From positions 1 through 33,260 of the forward strand of contig JBBRNJ010000089.1 in assembly GCA_038230375.1 (NCBI GenBank): 33,260 nt of DNA, in the 5' to 3' direction. This DNA comes from Polyangiales bacterium (GTDB lineage: Bacteria > Myxococcota_A > Polyangia > Polyangiales > Polyangiaceae). Each line of letters starts with the position of its first letter. The stretch's first letter is position 1. The translations under genes were made by a program, and so were the position numbers. Below, in pieces: positions 8,891 through 17,432 of the stretch. A model generated the notes under the pieces. It had not been told where the DNA came from. It saw nothing but the letters and a program-made list of their open reading frames with translations, and did no database searches.

Positions 8891-11302
8891 GTGGCGCTTC
8901 CGAAGAAGAGATGGATCACCCTTGGCCTGCTCGTCCTCGTCGTGGGCGGGGGGTCGGCAGCGTTCGGACCCATCGTCCGCTCCAAGGTCCAGAGGACAGC
9001 GACCGCACGTCACCTGGATGTCGTCGTCGGTGGCGTACGACCTGGGTTCTTCAAGGTGGGACTCCGTGACGTGCACGTTCGTCCCGAGGGCGTGGATGGT
9101 ATCGACGTCGTGCTGCCAGAGGTCGACGTGACCCTGACCGCGGGCCTGGCGCCGCGCTCGGTCATCGTGCGTGGTGGTGAGATCACGCTGCACGGAGAGC
9201 CGACCGAGCTGCGTGACAAGCTGCGCGCGCTTCGCAAGGAGAAAGATGACGACGCCGCGCCGGCCGCGACCACCGCCGCGAGCTCTCTCGATGTCGAGGC
9301 CGAGGACCTCACCGTGAAGCTCACCACCGACGCCGGCACCACTGCCGAGGCCAACGGCGTGCGCGTGAAGAAGGACGGCAGGGGCACCACCATCTCCGTG
9401 CAGTCTGCAAAGATCACCGACCCCGCGCTTGCTCTCGCGCTGGGCATCGTGGAGGTGCAACTGGACGAGCAAGGAAACCTGGCACGCGCGTCTGCGGACT
9501 CCGTGAACGTCTCGCTGCTGCAGCGGCCGAAGGAGCTCTCCACCACCGCGGCCGCGGGCGCGGACGATCCCCCGCCTCCGCCGCTCCCGCCTCCCCAAGC
9601 AGCCCTGACGAAGCCAGGCAAGGGTGGCAAGGGTGTGAAGCCCAGGAAGGGCGAGCCCGCGGTGGTGGTGGCATCGACCTCGACGAAGACGGAGGGGCCG
9701 CTCTTCCCGCTGCCGGATCCGCGTGCGCTCCGCGCAAAGCTCGCGCTCGTTCGCAAGGAGGCGCTGCCGCGCATCCCGAAGGACAGCGCGTTTGCGATCG
9801 AGAAGCTCACGCTCACCGTGCCCACGGCGGAAGGTGACGTCACGCTCGGGCCGGGCCCGCTCACGGTGAAGCGCGAAGGTGATGTCGTGCGCGTCGCGTT
9901 CTCGTCCGACGTGAAGGATGCGTCGCCGCAGAAGTCTCCGCCTCTCTCGATCGAGGCAGAGGTCCCGATCACGCAGGGCGACACGACGATCGCGCTGTCT
10001 GGCGGCCCCGTGTCGTTCGCGCGGCTTGGCCTGAAGGAAGGCGCGGGCGGCCTGCTCCACACGAGCGAGGCCACGCTCGAAGGGAAGGGGCGCGTGGTCC
10101 TGACGGACGACGGCAGCACGCTGACGTTCGACGTGGACGTGCGCGGGCGGAAGATCGCGCTGAACCAGCCGCGGCTCACGCCCGAGACGATCGAGAACCT
10201 GAACGTGGCAGTGTCCGCGCGTGGAGTGCTGGGCAGTGATGGCCTGCTGCGCATCGACGACGCGCAGGCGAGCCTGGGCGAGACCAAGCTGGAGCTCCGC
10301 GGCACCGTCGAGCAGAAGCCAGATCACGCGGCGATGTCGATCGCCTTCACCGTGCCCATCGCCAGCTGCCAGGCGATGGTCGACACCGCGCCCGCAGCGC
10401 TGTTGCCGCTCGTGCGCAACGCGCGGTTCTCGGGGACGTTCTCCGCGTCGGGTCGCATCCAGTTCGACACGCGCAAGCTGGAGGACCTGCTGCTCGACTA
10501 CCAGATCGCGGATCGCTGCCGCATCACCGAGGTCCCGCGTGAGCTCGCGCGCGAGCGCTTCACGCATGCCTTCACGCACCACGTGGTGCTGCCCGACGGG
10601 AAGATCGCAGAAGAGGGCACGGGCCCTGGCTCCGACTCGTGGACGGACCTCGACAAGATCTCGCCGTTCATGACGGTGGCCGTGCTCACGACCGAGGACG
10701 GCGGCTTCTACCGTCATCACGGCTTCAATCACCCTGCGTTCAGGAACTCGCTCGTCGCAAACCTGAAGGCGCAGCGGTTCGTGCGCGGCGCGAGCACCAT
10801 CTCCATGCAGCTCACGAAGAACCTGTTCCTGTCGCGCACGAAGTCGATCTCGCGCAAGCTCGAGGAGCTGATCCTCACGGACGACCTGGAGCAGGTCTTC
10901 AGCAAAGACGAGCTCATGGAGCTGTATCTGAACGTCATCGAGTTCGGGCCCGACGTGTACGGCATCACGAAGGCGGCCGAAGCATTCTTTGGTCGCAAGC
11001 CCGAGGAGCTCACGCTGGCGGAGTGCCTCTATCTTTCGTCCGTGCTGCCTTCGCCGATCCGCTACTTCCACATGAAGGACAAGGGCGAGGCGCCCGAGTA
11101 CTGGATGAAGCACGTCTACTCGCTCATGGAGATCGCCGCGAAGAACGGCCGCGTGAGCAAGAAGGAGCTCGAGACCGGTCTCGCAGAGCACGTGGAGTTC
11201 TGGAAGACCGGAGCCCCACGACCCGTCGCGCGCATGCCCCAATCCGGCCCGCGCCTCGAAGGCGAGCCAGAGCCAGCCGAAGACTGGAAGCCAGTCGACT
11301 AG
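8891..11302 (+). CDS. Peptidoglycan transglycosylase (GT51) with long beta-rich N-terminal region; no transpeptidase domain
   Basis: N-terminal TM; GT51 motifs EDGGFYRHHG, GASTISMQLTKN, RKLEE and KDELMELYLN near the C-terminus. Confidence 0.88.
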   Translation: MALPKKRWITLGLLVLVVGGGSAAFGPIVRSKVQRTATARHLDVVVGGVRPGFFKVGLRDVHVRPEGVDGIDVVLPEVDVTLTAGLAPRSVIVRGGEITLHGEPTELRDKLRALRKEKDDDAAPAATTAASSLDVEAEDLTVKLTTDAGTTAEANGVRVKKDGRGTTISVQSAKITDPALALALGIVEVQLDEQGNLARASADSVNVSLLQRPKELSTTAAAGADDPPPPPLPPPQAALTKPGKGGKGVKPRKGEPAVVVASTSTKTEGPLFPLPDPRALRAKLALVRKEALPRIPKDSAFAIEKLTLTVPTAEGDVTLGPGPLTVKREGDVVRVAFSSDVKDASPQKSPPLSIEAEVPITQGDTTIALSGGPVSFARLGLKEGAGGLLHTSEATLEGKGRVVLTDDGSTLTFDVDVRGRKIALNQPRLTPETIENLNVAVSARGVLGSDGLLRIDDAQASLGETKLELRGTVEQKPDHAAMSIAFTVPIASCQAMVDTAPAALLPLVRNARFSGTFSASGRIQFDTRKLEDLLLDYQIADRCRITEVPRELARERFTHAFTHHVVLPDGKIAEEGTGPGSDSWTDLDKISPFMTVAVLTTEDGGFYRHHGFNHPAFRNSLVANLKAQRFVRGASTISMQLTKNLFLSRTKSISRKLEELILTDDLEQVFSKDELMELYLNVIEFGPDVYGITKAAEAFFGRKPEELTLAECLYLSSVLPSPIRYFHMKDKGEAPEYWMKHVYSLMEIAAKNGRVSKKELETGLAEHVEFWKTGAPRPVARMPQSGPRLEGEPEPAEDWKPVD

Positions 11303-11312
11303 GAGCACCGGG

Positions 11313-11795
11313 CTACTTGCCGTTTTTTCCTTGGGCTCGGAGGCTTGCGAAGAAGGCTTTCAGCTCCTGCGCGGACTCCTCGCCCATCACGCCGCCTTCC
11401 GCGATGAACGTGTGGTTCAGGCGCGCGTCGAGGCCGATGCCGAACATCGTGTGCACCGCGCCGGCCTTGGGATCGGCGCAGCCGTAGACCACGCGCGGAA
11501 CGCGTGCGTTGACGATGGCGCCGGCGCACATGGGGCAGGGCTCCAGCGTCGCGTAGAGCGTCACGCCCTCGAGCCTGAAGGTTTGCTTCGCTTCGGACGC
11601 GGCGCGCAGCGCGAGCAGCTCGGCGTGCGCCGTCGGATCCTGGCTCCGCTCGCGCGCATTGCGGGCACGCGCGAGCAGCTGGCCCGTCGTGTCGTCGACG
11701 ATCACGCAGCCCACCGGGACCTCGCCTTCGGTCGCCGCGAGCCGGGCCTCTTCCAGCGCGACCGCCATGAACGAGAGGTCGCGATCGCTGGGCAT
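11313..11795 (-). CDS. tadA: tRNA adenosine(34) deaminase
   Basis: EVPVG, DPTAHAE, TLEPCPMCAGA, DPKAGA and FF motifs. Confidence 0.93.
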   Translation of the reverse strand: MPSDRDLSFMAVALEEARLAATEGEVPVGCVIVDDTTGQLLARARNARERSQDPTAHAELLALRAASEAKQTFRLEGVTLYATLEPCPMCAGAIVNARVPRVVYGCADPKAGAVHTMFGIGLDARLNHTFIAEGGVMGEESAQELKAFFASLRAQGKNGK

Positions 11796-11842
11796 GGGAC
11801 GTGTGAGTGCGCCTGGACGTGCAGGCGAATGGAGAGGGGAAG

Positions 11843-11916
11843 CGCGCTCGGAAGGATTCGAACCTTCGACCCCAGGCTTCGTAGGCCTGTGCTCTATCCA
11901 GCTGAGCTACGAGCGC
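11843..11916 (-). tRNA. tRNA-Arg (anticodon ACG); CCA not encoded
   Basis: GCGCTCG acceptor stem, TAGCTCAGCTGGATAGAGC D arm, CAGGC-CTACGAA-GCCTG anticodon arm, GGTTCGAATCC T loop. Confidence 0.96.
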
Positions 11917-11943
11917 TTGCTCCGGACAATCCGAAGGGCCGCG

Positions 11944-11971
11944 ACCATAGTCGGGATGCACCGCAAGTCAA
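11944..11971 (-). promoter_or_regulatory. sigma70-type promoter for tRNA-Arg and tadA
   Basis: TTGACT-16 nt-TATGGT followed by GC-rich discriminator CGCGGCCC. Confidence 0.6.
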
Positions 11972-12168
11972 CCATCTACCGCCATCTACCGTGGGTCCCT
12001 CCATTCCAGCCACTACAGCCACGTGCAATGGCATACGGCGGAAGGATCGTGCCAACCATGCAAACATTGCGAGGTCGGGGGCTCACCGCGACCCGGATGC
12101 CTTTGGCATCTGGATCATGGTTTTTGTCGGACTTATGTAACGGGTTGAAACCATTCATAACCGCCGCG

Positions 12169-12184
12169 TGGCACATCGCCTGCT
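12169..12184 (+). promoter_or_regulatory. Putative sigma54 (-24/-12) promoter
   Basis: TGGCACATCGCCTGCT with exact GG-N10-GC spacing, in an AT-richer intergenic region. Confidence 0.55.
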
Positions 12185-12188
12185 CTTA

Positions 12189-12570
12189 GGGAGACCGTCC
12201 CCAAGGCGTCGGCCGCTGACGGGACCATCCCCAGGGGAGGGCTAACTCCAGAAGGATGTCTTATCCGTCGTGCTCGCTTGGTAATCCAGCCTTGTTCGCT
12301 CTCATGCCCTGACTCCCTTGGGCTCCAGAACGTGAACGCGCCAGACACCAAGAAAGTACGGGGAACGCCGGAATCTCCCGCTCCGTGCGGGGCCACGTCC
12401 TTCACTTATTCGTCGCTTAGCTAATCCTGCTTGTTTTCCTTCCTCTTCTCTTTGTTTGACCGCTCCTGGTAGACGACCAGACAACAACAGCGGCTTTAAT
12501 AGTCAGTGACCGCACGGTTTGATCTTTGCGTGGCGTGCCTCCCTCGGGATGGCGCGCCACGTTGGTTTTG
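12189..12570 (+). ncRNA. Candidate structured non-coding RNA (family not identified)
   Basis: No convincing ORF; nested stems 12189-12202/12360-12379 and 12230-12239/12313-12322; terminal hairpin 12529-12561 followed by TGGTTTTG. Confidence 0.4.
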
Positions 12571-12695
12571 TGGGTTGGACTTGCCCACCCGTCTGGGAGA
12601 AGCAACCAGCGAGAGCGCCTCCGTAGTCCCGGTTGTGTGCCACCACCCTCGATAAGACACGGTGTGGCCAGCGGCTTGCAGCTATGATTTCTCCG

Positions 12696-13544
12696 ATGCG
12701 GCGCTCCCTCTTTCGCCTTGGTCGCTGGACCCTCCCGTTGCTCCTGGCGCTGGTGGCGGCTCCTGCGATGGCCCTGGCAAGCGACGCTGCGCCCGGCCCG
12801 AAGGGAGCTCCGGTGCGTCACGCGGCGCCGTGGCTGGGCGTGCAGATGGGTGATGTCGATGGCGGCGTGCTGGTTCGCCACGTCCTTCGTGGCTCTCCCG
12901 CGGAGAAGGCCGGCCTTCGCGATGGAGACGTGATCCTCACCGTGGAGCGCGCGCCGGTCGCCCGGCCGACGGACGTGTCTTCTGCAGTCTCGCAGCATGT
13001 ACCAGGCGACCCTCTTGCGCTCACGTTGCGACGCGGCGGGCAGACCATTCCCGTCACGGCACATCTCGAGGCACGTCCCAGCGCCGAGGAGACGCTCACG
13101 CGCGATCTCGTCGGCTCGCAGGCGCCGGCGTGGGTGGACACCACGCCCGTCGCGGGAGCTCCTGCATCGCTCAACGCGCTTCGAGGCAAGGTCATCGTTC
13201 TCGACTTCTGGGCGAGCTTCTGCGGCCCGTGTCGCTACATGGCGCCGGAGCTCTCTGCGCTGTCTGCGCGATACCAGGCGCAAGGGCTCGCCGTTGTCGG
13301 TATCACCACGGACTCCCCCGACGTTGCTGCAGCCACACGCGACCGATGGGAGATGCGGTACGGCGTGCTGTCCGACAACAGCGGACGCACCCATCAGGGC
13401 TATGGGATCACCGCGCTGCCCACGCTCTTCATCATCGATCGGCGCGGCGTCGTACGCGCGGTCACTGTTGGTGCTGGCCGCGGCGAGGTCGACCGCGTCG
13501 AGGCGCTCGTGAAGACGTTGCTCGCAGAGGCGCCTCCTCCATGA
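12696..13544 (+). CDS. Exported PDZ + TlpA/ResA-like thioredoxin-fold redoxin
   Basis: Signal peptide; PDZ motifs WLGV and GSPAEKAGLRDGDVI; LDFWASFCGPC; ALPTLFIIDRRG. Alternative ATG at 12684. Confidence 0.88.
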   Translation: MRRSLFRLGRWTLPLLLALVAAPAMALASDAAPGPKGAPVRHAAPWLGVQMGDVDGGVLVRHVLRGSPAEKAGLRDGDVILTVERAPVARPTDVSSAVSQHVPGDPLALTLRRGGQTIPVTAHLEARPSAEETLTRDLVGSQAPAWVDTTPVAGAPASLNALRGKVIVLDFWASFCGPCRYMAPELSALSARYQAQGLAVVGITTDSPDVAAATRDRWEMRYGVLSDNSGRTHQGYGITALPTLFIIDRRGVVRAVTVGAGRGEVDRVEALVKTLLAEAPPP

Positions 13545-14932
13545 GACCCCGCGCCGGGGTGCGGTTCGTGGACGAGCTCTTGTGGTCATTGCGACGCGCG
13601 GGGCTCGAGATCTCCACGGCACAGGCGATCACCGCGGCGCGGGCCGTGGCCCTCTGCGGGGTGTCGTCGCGCAACGCGCTCGGGGACGCTCTGCGCGCCG
13701 TGGTCGTGACGCGGACGGAGGACATGCCCGTCTTCGAGAAGGCGTTCACGCGTCACTTCGATGGCAGCGCTGCGCCGCGCGATCTGTTCGACCGTCTGCG
13801 CGCGCGTGGCCTCTCCGAGGACGACCTGCGCGAGCTGGGCGCGCTGCTCGCGGCGATGGCGCGCGCCACGTCCGACGGGGCGAGCCTGCTGGCGCTCACG
13901 GAGCGCGGCGCCGAGCTCGATCGATTGTTGCAGAGTACAAGTGTCTTGCGAGCCCTCGAGGCCGCGCACGGCCCCCTGCAGGCGGGCTTCGTGGTGCACA
14001 AGGTCCTGACGGAGGTGGGAGCCCAGCGCGCCGGGAGTGGGCTCGCTGCGCTGCGAGCGCGCCTCACGGACGCCATCGGCAAGGAGCGCGCGGACGCGAT
14101 CACGGAAGCGCTGTCCGCGGAGCTACTCGAGGCGGACCGCGAGGTGCGCGGCTTCGTGCGCGAGCGGCTGGAGCGCCCGCAGCCTTCCCCCACGAACGAC
14201 GTCACGCTCCGCCCCTTCACCGCGCTCGATCCCGAGGAGGTGCGCTCGGTGCGCCGCTCCGTACGCCTGTTCGTGGAGAAGCTGTGGGGCCGCGAGCGCG
14301 TGCGCCGTCGGCTGCGTCGTCGCGGCCGTCTGGACCCCCATGCGACGTTGAGGCAAGCGATGCGGACGCAAGGCGTGCCAGTGCGCATCGTCCGCAAGGA
14401 GCGGCGCCCGGACCGACCAAAGCTCATGGTGTTCGCCGACGTGAGCGACTCCGTCCGCGCCAGCGCGCGCTTCCTTCTGGAGTTCGCCTACCTTGCGCGC
14501 GAGCTGTTCGCAGGGACGAGGACGTTTGCGTTCGTCAGCGACCTGGTCGAGACGACTGACCTCTTCGAGGACGCGTCAATCGATCGTGCGCTGTCCCATG
14601 TGTACGGCGGCGGCTTGCTCTCCGTCCGCGACAACTCCAACTACGGGCGCGTGCTGTCTGCGATCTGGGCGCGCCATGGCCGCGAGGTCGATCGGCGCAC
14701 CACCGTTGTCATCCTGGGCGACGGCCGCACGAACTACATGCAGGCAGGCACGGACGCGCTCACACGCCTCACAGCGCGCGCGCACCGCGTGCTGTGGCTA
14801 TGCCCGGAGCCGCGCGGCGCGTGGAGCGTGGGAGACAGCCGCATGCGCGAGTACGAGCGCGCCGTCACGCAGGCCCTGGAAATGACGAACGCGCGCGAGC
14901 TCCAGAGAGCCGCGCGCGCGTTGATCGGTTGA
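13541..14932 (+). CDS. VWA domain-containing CoxE-like protein
   Basis: LRRAGLEIS N-terminus, GRLDPHATLR, MIDAS-like DVSDS, SNYG, ILGDGRTN, WLCPEP; ATGA overlap with the upstream gene. Confidence 0.88.
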   Translation: MRPRAGVRFVDELLWSLRRAGLEISTAQAITAARAVALCGVSSRNALGDALRAVVVTRTEDMPVFEKAFTRHFDGSAAPRDLFDRLRARGLSEDDLRELGALLAAMARATSDGASLLALTERGAELDRLLQSTSVLRALEAAHGPLQAGFVVHKVLTEVGAQRAGSGLAALRARLTDAIGKERADAITEALSAELLEADREVRGFVRERLERPQPSPTNDVTLRPFTALDPEEVRSVRRSVRLFVEKLWGRERVRRRLRRRGRLDPHATLRQAMRTQGVPVRIVRKERRPDRPKLMVFADVSDSVRASARFLLEFAYLARELFAGTRTFAFVSDLVETTDLFEDASIDRALSHVYGGGLLSVRDNSNYGRVLSAIWARHGREVDRRTTVVILGDGRTNYMQAGTDALTRLTARAHRVLWLCPEPRGAWSVGDSRMREYERAVTQALEMTNARELQRAARALIG

Positions 14933-14959
14933 TGCTGTTGCTGCGAGTTTTTTGGGAGC

Positions 14960-15718
14960 TCAGGAGCCCTGAGCGGCCTGAGGGAGTCCGCCGGGGTTCG
15001 CGACCTTGGTGGAGGTGAACACCTCGCGGACCCAGATGCCTTGCGGCATGTGGGTGGCGGACACGGAGGCCGTGTAGCCAGTGAACTGGAAGTTGATGAC
15101 GGCGGTGGCCATTGATTCGGCCAAGAATTCGGGGGTCGGTTGACCGACGACCTTGTGCGGAGGGCCGAGCACACTCACCATCTTCTTGCCGCTGTTGATC
15201 ATGGCGACGGATCCAGCCTCGGGGCTGATGTCCTGGCGCCAGCTCGTGACGGTGTAGAGCGCCTTGTCACTCGCGCGGAAACCGAACGTGAGCTCGGTGA
15301 TCGCCACCTCGGAGTCGCTGGGCGTGGGGAGATCCTTCGCCCTGACGTTCGCGCAGGAGAGCACGGTGCCCTCGCGCGTGTCGTCGCAGGTGATGTTGTG
15401 CAAGCCAGCCCATGTCATGACGTCCTTCAAGGTCGACTTGTCGAGCTCGAAGCCCATCGCGAACATCGCAGGCGGCGGCGTCTCTACTGCAGGCTGCGCA
15501 GCCACGAACGTTTCCCCACGTAGCTTCTCCATCTCTGCTGCAGAGATGTTCCCAACCGGACAACCGCCGAGCTTCATGAGAAGCGGCTTGCCCATCTTGG
15601 TGTGTAGAAAGCCCATCACGCCAGTCGAAGCGATGGCCACGAGCACGATGCTCGTGGCCACCTTCTTCACCCGGCGCGAACGCGAATCACTGGTTGTGTT
15701 CGTGCTGCTCGCGGCCAT
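14960..15718 (-). CDS. Hypothetical membrane-anchored protein, downstream of the globin
   Basis: GAAGGA RBS, N-terminal TM helix, GGCP motif; 19 bp after the globin stop. Confidence 0.7.
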   Translation of the reverse strand: MAASSTNTTSDSRSRRVKKVATSIVLVAIASTGVMGFLHTKMGKPLLMKLGGCPVGNISAAEMEKLRGETFVAAQPAVETPPPAMFAMGFELDKSTLKDVMTWAGLHNITCDDTREGTVLSCANVRAKDLPTPSDSEVAITELTFGFRASDKALYTVTSWRQDISPEAGSVAMINSGKKMVSVLGPPHKVVGQPTPEFLAESMATAVINFQFTGYTASVSATHMPQGIWVREVFTSTKVANPGGLPQAAQGS

Positions 15719-15737
15719 TGGTACTACCGTTTCCTTC

Positions 15738-16505
15738 TCAGTTAGGCTGGCAGCCCGCTGCCGTGGGCGCCAACGCATCCGCGCCGCCGCCGTCCCAGAT
15801 GTCCGAGCAACGCGCGCCGTAGTTGAAGTTGGCATCCGTGCCAGCTTCTGCCTGCTGTGCAACGCGGGCCTTGTCGACGATGTCCGACGCCGTGCCGAGC
15901 AGCGCGCCGCCGAGCGTCATGAGGTCCGCCTGGCTCACGCCCGCTGCCGCCAGCTTGGCCGCCGCGATGGAGACGAACTTCTGGAACGCAGCGCTCGTGA
16001 TGCCGAGGCCGGTGTGGGTGGTGGCCATGTCACGGCACGTGAAGCCGTTTGCGCCAGCCGCGGTGGACACGTACGGATATGCTTCGGGGCCGCCCGCCGC
16101 CTTCGCGACGAACTGGGTGAAGCAATCCTCGACCACGCCGAGGTTCGGGTTACCCGCCGTCGGGGTCGCGCCGGTGTGACCGGTGCGGATCGCGAAGTAG
16201 GAGAGGATCTGCGGATCCGCCGCCTCGCCCATGGTGCCTTCAACGACGTCCTTCACGGCCTTCGCGATGCCATCGCGCTTGCCGAGACGCTCGTAGAGCG
16301 TGGTCGTCGTGCCGGCGTCGTCGAACGAGGTGCCGTCCGGGGTGTCGAACGTGCTGCCGTCGACCGTGCCGCCGCCAGTGTCCGCCTTGCCGGCGTCCTT
16401 GGCCGTGGTGGCCGTGCTGTCATCACCGCAGCCGACCGCAACAACACCAGCAGCTGCCGCGAGAGCGACGACGCTCGCAAGCGCCCATTTCCGATTCAAG
16501 TTCAT
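15738..16505 (-). CDS. Lipoprotein with group I truncated hemoglobin (2/2 globin) domain
   Basis: GGAGG RBS; lipobox AVGC; TLYERLG, DPQILSYF, AAGGPEAY, RDMATTH (proximal His), GLGITSAAF. Confidence 0.82.
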   Translation of the reverse strand: MNLNRKWALASVVALAAAAGVVAVGCGDDSTATTAKDAGKADTGGGTVDGSTFDTPDGTSFDDAGTTTTLYERLGKRDGIAKAVKDVVEGTMGEAADPQILSYFAIRTGHTGATPTAGNPNLGVVEDCFTQFVAKAAGGPEAYPYVSTAAGANGFTCRDMATTHTGLGITSAAFQKFVSIAAAKLAAAGVSQADLMTLGGALLGTASDIVDKARVAQQAEAGTDANFNYGARCSDIWDGGGADALAPTAAGCQPN

Positions 16506-16814
16506 ATCGACCTCCAAAAAAAGGATCCCTACCGGCAATGCGCCGCATCGGAGAGGCTACCGTCGTTGAAGGAAGATAGCAACTCGCTACGCCCTAAATC
16601 ATCGAGTGGATCGGTGCCAAGTTCCCTGATGTGTGGGCGTCGTACGCAGGTGGGCGGCAGTTGGGCGCGCGCTCCTTCTACGAGCCCACGCTGGTATCGA
16701 CGCTCTGCACGCAAAGATGCCGCGTAGTTCGGCGCCTTCGACGATTTGGCATCGATGCATGATCGGAGGATCATAGGTCCGTCATGTTCGGATCCGGCCT
16801 ACAGTGAGAGCTGC

Positions 16815-17432
16815 ATGAGAGACCACCGTCGTTCCCTGGGGCTCGGCGTCTTCGTTGTTGCCGCGTTCGTGATTCCTCTGGCATGCACCGACGCGGGCGG
16901 TCACGTGTCCGGTGGTGAGCTCGCATTCGAAGGCGGCGCCGCCGCGCCAACGGGTGAAGCGGGCCCTGGCGGTGGAACCGGCACGACGTTCACGGATCTC
17001 TATCGCGACTTCTTCGGGCCCACGGGCGCGGCGAAATGCGCAGGCAACGGCATGTGCCATGGCGCCGCGGATCAGGCCGGCGCCGTTGCCACGGGCGGGT
17101 ACATCTGTCCCGACGTGATGAGCATGGGTGACGCGGGGACGGGCGGAGATGCAGGTGATGCAGGTGATGCTGGCGGCGGTGGCGCGAATCCCGCGAAGGC
17201 TCTGTGCAGATCCACGATGATGAAGGTGATCCTCGTGGACCCGCCGTTCTCCACGACGTCGACATGCGGGCAACCGTTCGCGAAGGCGTACATGCACAAC
17301 GTCATCCGCAAGGTGACGCACGCCGCCGACGACGAGAACAACATGCCGCGGACGCCCTTCACGTACACCTTCTCCGACGAAGCCGTCGCGCGCATCGACG
17401 CGTGGGTGATGGCGGGCTGCCCCGACAACTAG
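16815..17432 (+). CDS. Lipoprotein with cytochrome c-like domain (atypical CX5CH)
   Basis: Lipobox PLAC; TFTDLY...KCAGNGMCHG; C-terminal MP...IDAWVMAGCPDN. Confidence 0.6.
   Translation: MRDHRRSLGLGVFVVAAFVIPLACTDAGGHVSGGELAFEGGAAAPTGEAGPGGGTGTTFTDLYRDFFGPTGAAKCAGNGMCHGAADQAGAVATGGYICPDVMSMGDAGTGGDAGDAGDAGGGGANPAKALCRSTMMKVILVDPPFSTTSTCGQPFAKAYMHNVIRKVTHAADDENNMPRTPFTYTFSDEAVARIDAWVMAGCPDN

Noticed and set aside
2932..11308. Long antisense ORFs (648, 597, 436 and 811 aa)
   Set aside because: Shadow frames of real genes in high-GC DNA; no motifs
12039..12054. Minus-strand TGGCACGATCCTTCC as a sigma54 promoter for the tRNA
   Set aside because: Lacks the -12 GC, and a better sigma70 promoter lies closer
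11843..12700. tRNA as an integration site for an island or prophage
   Set aside because: No integrase and no duplicated tRNA 3' end seen in the window
16160..16190. TGHTGAT in the globin as an ApbE flavinylation site
   Set aside because: Lacks the Asp of Dxx[ST]GA[ST]; no convincing ApbE substrate seen in the window
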